Program-made: the position numbers and the translations under genes
Notes under the pieces: generated by a model
Database searches by the model: none
Seen by the model: the letters and a program-made list of their open reading frames with translations, nothing else
Told to the model about the DNA's origin: nothing
Part shown: piece after piece, positions 1 to 14,052 of the stretch
Layout: each line of letters starts with the position of its first letter
Numbering within the stretch: the first letter of the stretch is position 1
Assembly (NCBI GenBank): GCA_020536535.1
Contig: JAHLWZ010000452.1
Span: 1-64,000 of the forward strand
Reading direction: 5' to 3'
Source of the DNA: Pelomyxa schiedti
Lineage: Eukaryota > Protista > Evosea
Length of the DNA: 64,000 nt

Positions 1-615
1 CGTAAATGTACAGGTTGGGAAGCGTGATCGTCGTCAGGAACTTGGCCGCGTTGTTCTCGACGGCGGGGTGTGACAGGAACGATATCACGATCAGCGCAAT
101 GAACAGAACCATCACGAAAAGTGTGAACCCGCCAAAGAACCGGATTCGCGGGCCAAGGAACGCCACGTCCTTGCTTTCGACGAAGGCGCGCCACACGAGG
201 TAGCCGATCCACAGCAGGTAAAGCACGATCACTCCGCATGCGGCAATCGCAAGGAACTGTGTGCGTGTGTGAATTGAGTGTTGAGTGTGAATGTTGAGTT
301 GAGTTGAGTTTAGTGTTGGCGTAATTGGGGAGGGAAGGTGTCAAGGGCGGCATACGATGTATCCACCCATTTGATCAGCGTAAGAGTACGTGGGGTCCGC
401 GACCGTGTGGAGCTGGTTCCAAGTGAGCAAGGTCACGACGAGTCCCCAGCATGTTCCGATGAACAGGAGTTTCGGGAGGTACAATCTGCACACTGATGCA
501 TTTTGTGATTCCTGGTTGTTGGTTTGAGGTGCGATTTTCGGGGAGTTTCACTCTCAGGAAAGAACCTTTCGAATTCCATCGAAGGTGACCAGCCAGTAAA
601 GGAGGAGAACGGCAA
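1..615 (-). repeat. Near-identical duplicate of part of the TMEM181-like gene (copy of 22267-22868)
   Basis: Direct match to 22267-22868 with a few SNPs/indels; ends at N-gap 616-715. Confidence 0.9.
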
Positions 616-715
616 NNNNNNNNNNNNNNNNNNNNNNNNNNNNNNNNNNNNNNNNNNNNNNNNNNNNNNNNNNNNNNNNNNNNNNNNNNNNNNNNNNNNN
701 NNNNNNNNNNNNNNN

Positions 716-873
716 TAAAAAAAAAAAAAGGTGTAAGCAAAAACAAAAACAAAAAAAAAAAAAACCTCCTCAACGGAACTTGCAGTGGCATTACTTGGCT
801 GTCGAGTACCGTCGTCCGACGATACGTCGTCATCGGCCCTGTTAACCAGAAGAGGAACCTCCACTGACGCCAT
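716..873 (-). CDS. 5' exon of a hypothetical protein truncated by an assembly gap
   Basis: ATG-initiated MASVEVPLLVNRADDDVSSDD...SVEE followed by a GT donor and poly-T intron running into the gap. Confidence 0.4.
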
Positions 874-1139
874 CCCCCGCCCGTGTGCCTTGTTGTGTTT
901 GGTTTATTTGTTTGAACGGCCGTGATGAGATGCAGAAATCGGCAAGCAAAAGCGGCAGTCGACGTTCCGGAAAGACCCCAAGACCCGGGACACACTGATT
1001 TCCTCAGGCTTTTTCTTTTTTAACATACCATACCACTCTAATGGGGGACTCCAGAGCTCTGTCCCCCAACTGCTCTTCCCACAGCGAGTTTTCCCAAAGA
1101 AACAAACGAATTTAGAAAACAAACCAGCCGCCGTTGACG

Positions 1140-3280
1140 ATGAGCGCACAGCCCCTAGTACCTTTTTTTTTTTCCTTTTTGCTTTTGCTGTTGTTACTTT
1201 TGTTTTGCCTCACCATTTTCTCACACAGGGACTTCCCCCCGGCTGGACTGAAGTGTACGATGCCGGTACCAACAAGGTAGTTTCTATGCCGCTCCTCCCA
1301 GCTCTACATCCCGAAACCAAATTTCACATTTCCCGTCTGACCCGGCCTTTTGGGCAGGTGTTTTACGTGAACCAGCTCAACAGAGTCACGCAATGGGACA
1401 GGCCAATGGCGCCGCCGCCAGGTTGGTCGGGAATGGACCAAGCCACCGCTCCCATAATGACGGGGGGGATGCCGGGCATGGCAATGGGCGGGATCCCAAT
1501 CGTGATGGTCCAGCAGTCATCGCCCCCTCCAATGGTCGTCATGACACCCCCGCAAATGGCTATCACGTCCACGGCTCCTCCTCCAACCGGGGGCGTGGTG
1601 CATCTTCCTCCCCCTTGGGTTGCAATTGTCGACCCCAAGACAAAGAAGGTGCGTGATTTCTATATTTAACTTTGCTAAAAATAGCCAGCTTGGGGTTTTT
1701 TTTTTTATTTTATTTCTAATAACAGTGGATTTGATTGGTTTAGGTGTACTACGCTAATACAAAGACTGGGGAGACTCAGTGGACACCCCCGGTTACTCCG
1801 GAATATCCTGGGCAGTTACCACCTGGCAATCAGCCACCCCCCCATTCACACCATCACCACCACCACTCTCCCTCACCCACCCCAGTTGCAACTAGCCCTC
1901 GAAGTACTGCTGCCAGTACACCTGCTTCCACGCCAGCTGCCCTTCCCACTGGATGGGAAGAGAGAGTTGATGCTGCTACTCGAACGGTGCCTGTCCTGCT
2001 ATTATAATTATAGAATATCTTTGACGAACCATATTTACAGAAGTACTACGTGAATGTAACAGCTGGTAAAATGCAGTGGAACTGTCCATCTGCAGGTTAA
2101 TGCTTTTTCACCTCCTCTGGGTTCTGATTTTTTCTTCTTCCAGCTATTGAAATCACCGGGCCACTCTGGTTCTTTTCCTCTTTCTTCTCTCCCTTTTTTA
2201 ACAGCTTTAGTATTCAATGTAAAGCAGCCCACCTACCATCAATGGATCTCACTGATACAGCGGGTAAGAAAGCGCTCATTGGAACAACTTACCTTTTGAA
2301 GATCCTTATTTTTTGATTAAAAATCCTCTCTTTCCCGATAAGGAATTGTTCAGATCCGAGACAATAAAAGGGGTAGGCTCTCATATCTCCTTATCAAGCC
2401 TTACATCGTACAGACCCAAAGCCCTAAGTGGGATATTTTTGTTCTTCTACTTCCAACGAAAGATGTGAATCAGCTTCTTGTTGTTGAAGCATGGGATTGG
2501 GACAGATTCTCCTCTAATGATCTAATGCACTTCTCTCTTTATATCACCCCAAAGTGACATTTATCAGTGGCACTTTTTCTATGCCGGCAAGAGAACTCCT
2601 GGAACATGGGACTGTAACAAAGGATTTACTGAAAGATGGCAGTAAGCGTGGCCAATTCACAATATCCATTCTGTGCCCAGTTGATTTATACTGTGAGGGA
2701 AGAAATCTTCCTAAAATGGATTTTACTGGCAAGGCTGGTATTTATTTAGTGCCAACTTTTTTAAATCAATCAAATGCTTCAAAGGTGTCGATCCTTATTT
2801 CAAAGTGAAGAATCCATCTAAGAAGAACCTGAAGCTCTTCAAATCAGAAATTTTGAAAGATGTAAGGAATATTCTAGACAACTCCTTATTCCAACAGGTT
2901 GTTTAGAATGCAAACCCGAAATGGAAATTTTTTTCACTTTGCATTGCCAACACTGAGTTGGATGAGGCTCTCTGCTTTGAAGTAGTGGATTGGGATAGAT
3001 TCTCTGCAAATGACAAGCTGTATGCAGTAACTAAGTTTTGTATCTTCTAACTGTAACCAGGGGAGAGTTTACGGTTAGCCTCAATCCCCTCCTCTCTTCA
3101 ACTAAGTTCTCCTTCTCGTACTAGGTTACCCCTCGTTCTCTCATTCAAAACGGAATTTCTACAATGGATATTATACATAATGGGACAGCACGAGGAACAT
3201 TTGTAATCAAGGTGCTTCCTCACATTCCCAATTCCCATAGGGACCAACCAGCACCTGCTGCGTCTCATTCAAAGCATTAG
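1140..3280 (+). CDS. Triple-WW plus tandem C2 domain protein (multi-exon)
   Basis: Spliced WW motifs LPPGWTEVYD..VFYVNQLNRVTQWDRP, LPPPWVAIVDPKTKK-VYYANTKTGETQWTPP, LPTGWEERVD..KYYVN..MQW; two copine-like C2 domains (EAWDWDRFSSNDLIG; NLPKMDFTGK..EVVDWDRFSANDK). Confidence 0.8.
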
Positions 3281-3334
3281 AGAAAAAAGTTTTGCTGTGT
3301 ATAGACCCAAATACAAAAATATTATTGTTTGCTC

Positions 3335-4590
3335 CTAAAATTTTTCTGTGTAACTTCGGGTAATGGGTTTGGGTTTTGCTTTTACTTTCTTGTTGGTGGA
3401 GCCTGTTTTGCGTTTCTTTGCAAGTCTTTCTTCCATAAGTTTCTCCTCATCAACTCTGTCAGCCCAGGTACTTTTTCGGAGTTTGCACGGCCTATTTCCA
3501 ACATACTTGCCTAGGGGAGTTTAGCATCAAGTTACTGTAACACTTTACCATTCATTTCTCGCAGGGCACGTGTGAAATCCATTGGGTCAGCAAAACTTAC
3601 AAATCCATAGCCCCTACTTTTTTGAGATCTTTTATCCCTTATGACCCTGTTTTGGGTACTGTCAGTGGAGTTGTCATAGGTAATTGATTGATTCAGTAAT
3701 GTATATTAATTCAAAAGGTCACGAAAGGGCACTTGACTTGGCTTTTTGAAGTGAAGTATATTTGGCAAATGAACTGCGGAGTACTTCGTCGTTAACTTCA
3801 TTTCCTAAGTCTCCAACAAATAGTCTGAAGTCACCTAAAAGAATAAAATTGGTTAAAGAATACATAACGAGAACGCGTACTTTCAGGCCATTCGGCCAAA
3901 GAGGGATCCTCCCAGTGTTGTCCGGCACATGTTCGGAAGAATTTCTTGTTTGTGAGAGGGTATTGCTGAAGTACAGCACCTTTATTTACTCCTACATTGG
4001 CAGCAGCCGCTGCAGCAACGGCTGCAGCTGCAGCCACAGCGGCAGCAGGGTTAGAGACCAGCGCTGGATTTACAAGTTTTCCACTGGCAGCTGCAGCGGC
4101 CACGAGTGCAGCATGTTGCTTTTGAGCAGCAATCGTAGCGGCCGCTGCGGCGGCAGCACTTGACATAGGGGGTGGTATACTCAAGGAACCTGTATCAACC
4201 TGCCAGGGGTGAGTGACAGAACAAAACATTAAGTCAGGTGTTTACCACAACAACAGGAGGCCCGTATTTAGTAAGCGTATACGTAGGTGGTGGCATTGGC
4301 GGAGGAGTCGAACTTGAAGTGGTCGTGGACGTCGTAGCAGTAGTGGATGCCGAAGTTGATGTCGAAGTGGTGGCAGAAGTGGACGACGACGTAGATGAAG
4401 AATTTCCCCCAGGTGTGCTCTGTAAACCCGGCGATGGTGGCACCAGTTGGTTGCTGTTGCCAGTACCACCCCCCCCGGTGTTCGTGGGGTGAGCGAGATG
4501 GTGCAAAAACGGCGCATTCGTGGCGGCGGCAGCGGCAGCGACTGCTGCTGCTGCGGACTTGGGCTGCGACGGAGAAGGTGAGGGGTACAT
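3335..4590 (-). CDS. RBM42: RNA-binding protein 42-like (RRM)
   Basis: WEDPSLAEWP, DFRLFVGDLGNEVNDEVL, SRGYGFVSF, EMNGKYVGNRPCKLRKSTW motifs. Confidence 0.9.
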
Positions 4591-4832
4591 GGGACTTGGT
4601 TTTTTTTTTTAAGTTATAATAAAAGGAATTAACAATCTGAAGAAAATTCGGTGGCGTGCAGGCAAAGTAATGTGCCATTCGGGGTTTGACAACTTAGTTT
4701 CCCAACCCGTGGCATCCGAGACACATGTCAAGATCTGAGGAGGCAGAACCCAAATCACCAACGTGGAAGATTTTCAACCACCACAGCTGACTGCTGTTGG
4801 ACGAAGGGAGGAAGTTATACACTCAAACTGCC

Positions 4833-6054
4833 ATGGATGTTGAGTTTGGCTCTATGTTCCCAGCCCTCGATGAGAATGTCGTCCAAGCGGTTGTTCTGGC
4901 GTGCTCAGGAAACGTCGATGCAGCATTGTCCATTTTGTTGGCCTATGCATCGGAGAAAGAATCTAGCAGTGGTGCCAATGATGCAGGGGAGGGTGCGGTT
5001 GTGTTCTTGGTGGAAATGTTTCCTGACACGGATATTCACTTGATAAAAGCACTTTCTAAGATCAATGAGTACCTAGAGCCCTTACTATTTCCTTTTTTCT
5101 TCTGCTATTACCATTACAGAGATGATACGGACCACACTGTGGGATTCCTTATGGAATTCAAAAACCAACTTGATTCACTTGGTGGTCCTGCTCGTAAGCC
5201 AGGGCAGCTGACTAAGGTCGATAAACAGGCAGCAATTGAAGTACGAAAAAAAAAAAAAATTGAATGTAATCCAGTTTCAGGCACAGTTTCAAAAGTATGC
5301 ATCTATTCCTATCCCAGGGGCAGCTCCACCTACAGTGATCAACGAATCCTCAGTCATAAACTCTGAAGGTTGATTTCATTCACTGGATGTTCTTTGTTCG
5401 ATGCCTACCAAAATAGGTGTTACACAATTGTTATCTGACATGAAGATCGCACCAGACTCGCTATCTGCCCTCATATTTGCATGGCAAATGGGTGAAAAGA
5501 CCATGGGCATCATCACCCACAACGAATTTGTTGAAGGCATGCAGCATCTGGGGTGTTCATCTCCTGAGGAAGCACGGTATACTGCATTGTACACCTCTTT
5601 CCAACAACATGTAGGAAGAAGCTCGAAGAGTTGCAAGTTGTTATAAAAAACAACAGGCAGAAATTCTCTGACTTGTACCAGTACGCCTTCAATTTTTGCA
5701 AAGATACAGAGGTGTCCACGGTCATTGATGTGTCTATGGCAATTCCAATGTGGGAAATTATAATGACCTGCCGACCGAACCTCCGGTAACAATGAAACCC
5801 ACATAACTCCTAACATATTTGAAAGGTATCACACTTCTAAATTGATCGAGTTTCTTCGTCAAAACAAGGCAGTGAAAGCAATCAATCGAGACCAGTGGCT
5901 CACCTGGCCAGAATTTGCACAAGCAATTCCACAGAACTATGACGGGTATGACTCATCACAACCGTGGCCCTTGCTCTTTGACGACTATGTTTCTTGGGTG
6001 AGGTCACCCCCTGCTTGCACACCACCAGACACGGGAATGTCCTCCGATTCCTGA
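4833..6054 (+). CDS. DCN1-like (defective in cullin neddylation) protein with N-terminal CUE/UBA-like domains
   Basis: ALIFAWQMGEKTMGIITHNEFVEGM, LYQYAFNF, AINRDQW..WPLLFDDYVSW of the PONY domain; N-terminal SMFPALDENVVQAVV and EMFPDTD CUE-like repeats. Confidence 0.85.
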
Positions 6055-6194
6055 TTTGCCCTGTACACTAGTCCTTCAACTGTATAAAGGCCAAACAGTG
6101 TCTTTTTGTCAGTTTTTCACGCTTTTTTACCCCTTTTCTCATTGTTTGGAAAAATCACGTAGTAAAACGGGTTTTCTTTCAAAAACAAATCCCT

Positions 6195-7353
6195 TCATCT
6201 GCGCCTTCTCCCTTTCTTCTTATTTGCTTTGGGCTTGTTTGGTTGAGGCTGTGGTTGCGGCTGAGGATGAGGCTGAGGCTCTTGGTGTGGCTCTGCTTGT
6301 GGAAGCTCTTCTTTGTGCATTTGTGGGTGAATTGGGGTTTCATTTGTGGGGTGGGGTTCCGGTTGTGTGGCAACCACAGGAGGAGTGTCAACAGGGGGTT
6401 CTGGTGGAGTCATTTGTGTTGTTGATGTTGTGGTGGTTGTTTGGGCGCTATCCGAAGAGTTGGGCTTTTTTGCGGGTGTCTCTGGCTCTGTGACATAAGT
6501 CATCATTGTCTGTTTGTTTGATAGTATTTTGTTTGTACCTGGAACTGTATTAACAAGGTGCGGAAATTCCTTCTTGAAAACTCTGTGATTGTTATTGAAA
6601 GCGTGTGAGGCGGCTGCGAGTGCTTTCCGGTCTTCGGTAGAGGCCTCGATTGAACCGTAGGTCTGTGCCTCCTCGAGCTTTGGGTGTGGGTTCGTTGGGT
6701 GTGATGTTAGATCACTTTCTTACCATAAACGATAATAGTCCGGTGAGAATGGAGGAGACACTCCACATGGGGTTCCAAGTTTCTGGGTGAACTGAAAACA
6801 ATAGTAAGGGAATAGATTACAGATTAATCTGGCGCACAGTCACTCATTGAGAAGCAGAGGCGAGTATCTGGCTTCAGGCAAAAACACAAGTAAGGAAACC
6901 ATGAAAAAAAAGAAAAAGGGGTATGCACCTTAAATCTACCGTTTGGAGTATGAATCATAATAGAAGGTGGCTAGGAAGCCGTCAAAACCAGAAAGAAAAA
7001 GAGAGGGAAAAACCTTCATAGGGTATTCTGTAGTAAAAATAACGGGTCAACTTTAAAAATAAACTAGCAACAAGACACACCGCCAGGGAAAATCAAAGAG
7101 CCAAAGTATCTGCCGAGGTAGTAGGGCGAATCCGCCGGTCCAGTAATGCAATAGTGCCACACAAGTAAGTCATTTTGCGACGGGTGCGCCTCAACATACG
7201 GCACCGGATCTTTCAAAATTGCTCTGTACTCACGCGTCAACCGCACCTACGTCAAACAAATATTACTCCCATAGGTCATTCGCCTCGAAGTGGAGAAGAA
7301 AAAAAGGAAAAATAACCACCACGCTAACGCCAACAACAACGCACCTTGTACAT
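6195..7353 (-). CDS. Ubiquitin-conjugating enzyme E2, Ubc6/UBE2J family
   Basis: [67 protein letters not shown]. Confidence 0.88.
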
Positions 7354-7447
7354 TGTGTGTTGTGCACAACAAGCTCAAAAATTTAAATTTACAGATCTGC
7401 AATCTGAAAGGGTTCCTGAGGTACTGAGTACAGCACTGGGCCCCTGA

Positions 7448-8814
7448 TCAGGACCAGAAATCGTCGTCGTCCTCCTCCACCTCGCTGAATAGGGCCGGGG
7501 ACTGCGCGCGGCCCGAGCGCTCCAGCGTCCTCACGCGGTTCTGCAGCGCCGCGACCTCGCCCTGCAGGCGCAGTATCACCGGGCGCAGGTGCACGACCGG
7601 GCACGCCCGCGTGTGCTCGGCCAGGTCCGGCACGGCGCCGTGCCACGGGCAGCCCATGTCCGCCGCGGGGCACGCGGCCGCGGCCTTGGGGCACTCCGCC
7701 GCCTCGTGCCTCGCCCGCGCCGACGGCGCCACCTTGGCCCCGCAGCCCAGGGCGCACGGCACCGGGCACGCGTTGATGTGCTCCTCGTAGGTCCCCCTGG
7801 TCACTGCCCCCTTGCAAACTGTGGGTGTGTTTGTTGGTTGGTTGGTTTTTTTTGGTGGTTAGTTGTTGGCGGTTGCAAGGGGGGGGGGGGGGGTTGTGGA
7901 ACGCTACACACCGGGGCACTCGACCTTGAGCTCGTCCAGGGGCTGCGTGATGGCTCTTGGGACGGCGGTCAGTGTGCCGTTCTGGACCGGGGCCCTGCAC
8001 ATCGGGCAATGGTCGCCGAGCACGATGCAGGCCCTGGGGGCGCCCTCGACCTGCCGGGTGCAGAACATGTGGCCGCAGCCAGAGTGCATCATCGGGGCCA
8101 GGAGCGGCATGAAGCAGACCGGGCACTTGAGGTGCTCCCCGCACTTTTCCAGCTCGCCCTCGATGTACACGAACTGAGGAGCGGGCGCGGGTGGAGGTGG
8201 CGGGCGGGGAGGAGGCGGGGGCGTGGGCATAGTGGTGGTGGCGGCGGCGGCGGCGGGCCGCCTAGAGCCCCGTATGATTTCCAACATGGTGTTGCGCGTT
8301 CGCATATTTGATTGGAGTCTGCTTTCTAGGGCAGAGGCGAGAGAAGAAGGCGGTGGTGGTGCGCGTGGGGCCGCGGGGTCGACTGTTCTTGAGAGTCCAG
8401 GTATCACAGGGTTAGTCCCCACCCAAAGAGAATACAAAGCAGTCACCAACAATAACGAAACCAATAAGAGATAAGCCACAGTGTTAAAAAAATGTTGGCA
8501 GGGCGAAACGACAACAAAAGCACCAAAAATGGGAGAGCACACACACAACATCCCCAGCACACACCCAACACCGGGATGCTCCTGTCATTTGTCACGGTTT
8601 TCTTTAACCTGTGGCCCTTGTGTATGTCGGTCAAAAGGGCGCCCCTTCCCGAGGATGCCGGAGGTGGGCAGCACTGCGTCGCCGCCGGCCGCGGCGGGGG
8701 CGGTGGCGGCGGCGGGGGGCAGCTACTGCTCGTGGTCGCGCTCGCGGTGGACGATGGGGACGGCGGGCCCCCGTGGTGGTCGTAACCCATTCGGCGTCGG
8801 CCCCAGTTGAACAT
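7448..8814 (-). CDS. WH2 + polyproline + RING + TRAF-type zinc finger protein
   Basis: GRGALLTDIHKGHRLKKTVTNDRS (WH2); CPVC..CGHMFC..CPMCR (RING); HINACPVPCALGC and CPKAAAACPAADMGCPW (TRAF-like Zn fingers). Confidence 0.75.
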
Positions 8815-9399
8815 TCCGTTGTGTGTCTGGCGCCTCTTTTTTTTTTTTTTTTGTTGGATTTTCAACCGAAACGGTTTCGCTTGGGTTGGATCTTGAGAAG
8901 GTGGTGAGCACTGAATGGCGTTCAAATACGCGGGTGAACAATAAAATGCGAAAAGAGGGATGCAGTTTGGTTGATGTCGTTTGTCGGTGGGGCTCTGGTG
9001 GGTTAGGTGGTGCGTGGCGTGCTACCAGTTACGCAGCCGTTTTGCAATGTGACTGTTGTTGGCAATTTTCATTATGTGTGTCTACTTTTTTTTTTTCCCT
9101 TTTTTCCCCTCGTTAACCTTGGGTTTGTCCAGTATTTACTCTATTATCTTTTTTAGTTAAAAATTTACGATACTAATCGTAACACAGTGGGGACTGGTTC
9201 TGATACGGATACCCTTGCTCTTTGAGATGTGCTTTCCGCTCCTTGAACCTATTTTCTTTCTTCGGCGGGTCCGTTTTTCTTGGTCTGCTACGCGTTGGGG
9301 CCATACTTGTCACAGTGACCTTCCTATTTCTCATATCGTAAAGGTAGGTTTCCCTCGAGTTCTCACTTGCTTCTAACTATATATGTGAGGGGACAGAAC

Positions 9400-9730
9400 C
9401 CTGCTAAGTGGTATTGGTCCAGTATTATTTCCGAATGCTACTGCCCTCTCCCCACAGAAAGAAATGAGAATATCCTTGGAGACATTAAACCGCAAAACAT
9501 AATGATCCATGAACGTTGGAATGTTAAGGTTGTGATACACAACCGTATTTTATTTGATCTAATCAGAGTTTTGGCAGTTGGGAGATATGGGATCATGCAG
9601 GCACTACGATTGCGCGACGAACAGCATTTCCCCGACCGAAAAGCTGGAGGGCACTATGTATACCGAAACAGTCCACCTTCCATTATTATTGGCTCACTGT
9701 CCCCCAGTGGAATATCTTGCCTGTAGTTGT
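9400..9730 (+). pseudogene. Protein kinase fragment, possible pseudogene
   Basis: GDIKPQNIMIHERWNVK and LGDMGSCR..EGT (subdomains VIb-VIII) separated by a GT-AG intron; no clear N-lobe or C-terminal subdomains nearby. Confidence 0.5.
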
Positions 9731-10194
9731 TGCAGGAGACCAGCACCGCTTCCACACAGGCAAACACAACCAAATGAGATTGACTCACTTTGGTATCAGT
9801 TTCGCCTTTGGGGTGAACCTGTGGGATCTGGTTTTTCCGTTTGGGGATTACTGATAGCAACCCATCAAACACAGGATGGGTGTGCCCCAGCAACCAAGCA
9901 ACACTACCACTAGTGCCAGCACTAGGCTCTTATCCATCTGTACAAAAACTTACAACAATGAAGAATACATATCTTTTTGTCCTATGGGTTGCGGTTTTTG
10001 ATTTTAAAGGAAGGCGTTTCCAGACAAAGGGGGTTAATGACGTTTCAGGGGCTAAGCGGCACCAACCGCAGACACATACCAAGACACGAGATCGAGGCCA
10101 AGCCCAAACATTAAAAAACTGTTTTGTTTCTGAACTACACATGAGTGCGAGGCATCTGGCTTGCAATAAGGGATATTATGAATCCCACCCCACT

Positions 10195-10375
10195 ATCCCC
10201 AAAAATGCACCACCCAAATGCTCCCAAGCTGCTCTGCTCCCCAAATGCTTGCTCCCAAACCACCCACTCTTTGCTCCCCCAAATGCTCCCAAATGCGCCT
10301 TGCTGCTCCCAAATGCACCCAAACTGGCAACCCACTCTCCAAATGCACCACCGCTGCTCCCAAAATGCACTGCTG
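10195..10375. repeat. Degenerate tandem repeat of ~20-nt units with a CCCAAATGC core
   Basis: Repeated variants of ctcccaaatgc (about 9 copies) in an intergenic region. Confidence 0.75.
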
Positions 10376-10713
10376 CACTCCAGAAGATTCCTCCCTTAAA
10401 GTTGGTGACAATTCTGCCGTCATGATGAACCCAACTTGGAGCTTGTGCGGTGGTTAGTGCCATCGACCCCTGGGAACGATGTTTGTTGAGGTGATTTCGT
10501 TGGCCGTGTGGAACTGGCTGTACTCTACTGAACTGTACTCTGCCGTACCCAACACAGCCACAACAACCCCACCCATGAACCATGATTCCACCAAGAAGCT
10601 ATCCACCAACCTAACGTTGTTCACATAGTATTGATCAAGAAAGGCTGGGAAGCTAACAATTCAGGTTCATTCTTGAAAGCAAACTACTTGGACATTTATA
10701 AACATAGACACAG

Positions 10714-11546
10714 CTACAGCTTGAGGTTTTTACTTGCCAGAGACACAAGCTCAGATTTCTCACTGCAACCAGAAAAGTCAACCCCCGCAGCTTTCAGTTT
10801 GGCCTTCAGGTCCTGTTATAGAAACAAATCATCAGTCCTACACCAAGGAACAAGGGCAAGGGCAAAAACACACCCTGATCGACATTGAAGAAAACTGGTT
10901 ATGGGAGGCAGACGAGCCGCTGTCGCCCACATTCGGGTACTCCTCCCTCGGCCTTTTCTGTAGCATTTCAGGCACAAAATCATCAGCAGGTGCTGGGGTG
11001 TACTGAGGCGGTGGGCTTGGTGCTGACCTCAGGTGTGCGCCTGACGCAGCATCCTGATCTGGCTCGTAGATGGGGTTTGTGGGGTACGTAGGATTTATGG
11101 GATCCGGCTGGGGAGGTGGGGCAGAGGTGTTTTCGTCGATGACAGGGTTTGTGGGCTCCGAGTTGGGCTGGTTGCTGTAGCTGAAGCTGTTCTCCATCGG
11201 TACCTCTGATGGGTGCCTCGTGGCTTGTTCTGGTGGTTGTGGTTGCGTTTGCGGTTGCGATTGTTGAGGTTGTGGTTGCTCAGCTGGGGTGGTTGTATCA
11301 TGCCTGAATAACAACAGTTTGTTTTTTTGTATTGGTTGTTGGTGGAGTTAATTAATATGAATAATAGCCGTTGTTGTTTTGGTTTGAGGGTGCACACTGC
11401 TTGAGGAGGCTGATTAATTCAGATTTCTCTGTGCAACCAACGAAATTGACGTGCAGTGCTTTCAGTTTCTCCTTTATCTCCCTTATGCTCATGTTGCTGT
11501 ACGCATTGCTCGCGGCCGACGTGCCGACGTTCTCGTACGAGTCCAT
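10714..11546 (-). CDS. Protein with two SAP/HeH-like domains joined by a P/Q-rich linker
   Basis: N-terminal MSIREIKEKLKALHVNFVGCTEKSELISL and spliced C-terminal MSIRDLKAKLKAAGVDFSGCSEKSELVSL. Confidence 0.7.
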
Positions 11547-11684
11547 TCGTTCAACCGTCGATTCCCACTTTGTTTTTTTCCTGTTTTCTCAGATGAAAAA
11601 CCCGAAACGGCAGAAGAAAAGCAGGGAAAAATGTCAAACCATCTTGGATTTCCCAGACAACCACGAGAAATTCGAATGAAATTT

Positions 11685-13665
<1,981 letters not shown>

Positions 13666-14052
13666 GGTTCGTAGGCAATTTACGAAGATCGGTATCGCAC
13701 GCAATTGTTTCTTTCAGGATTAATTAGCTTGCTCAATATTGCTGCTAAGTCCTCCCCGAAGAATCTAAGTCCTGGAGGAGGGTGCTATGCACTGTGATTC
13801 CTCTGATCTGGAAAGATGTAACCAGGGGACCTGTCTGGAGATCATATTTCTGCTAAATCATAACCCAAGCAGGCCAAATGAGCAAGCCACGGGACTCCGA
13901 GGTGTGCCAAAACCGAAACGGCACTCCAAGTTGGGTGCACTGGTGGATTTAGCTATAGGAATTTGATTTTAATCGTGTCCAACATGTTCTTTACCCAAAT
14001 AAGCCGTAACCAATGAAAGAGTCACGTGATTTTACGTGATGGAAAGGTGTTA

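Noticed and set aside
7389-8311. Long overlapping and antisense ORFs in GC-rich regions (also 30417-31190, 60805-61479, 62548-63910)
   Set aside because: Expected from stop-codon scarcity in GC-rich or repetitive coding DNA; no motifs
9470-9477. ATATCCTT as another U12 donor
   Set aside because: Lies in the kinase-like reading frame with no matching TCCTTAAC branch site downstream
10195-10375. CRISPR-like or telomeric array
   Set aside because: Units are degenerate and irregular, with no unique spacers, no cas genes and no perfect short repeat
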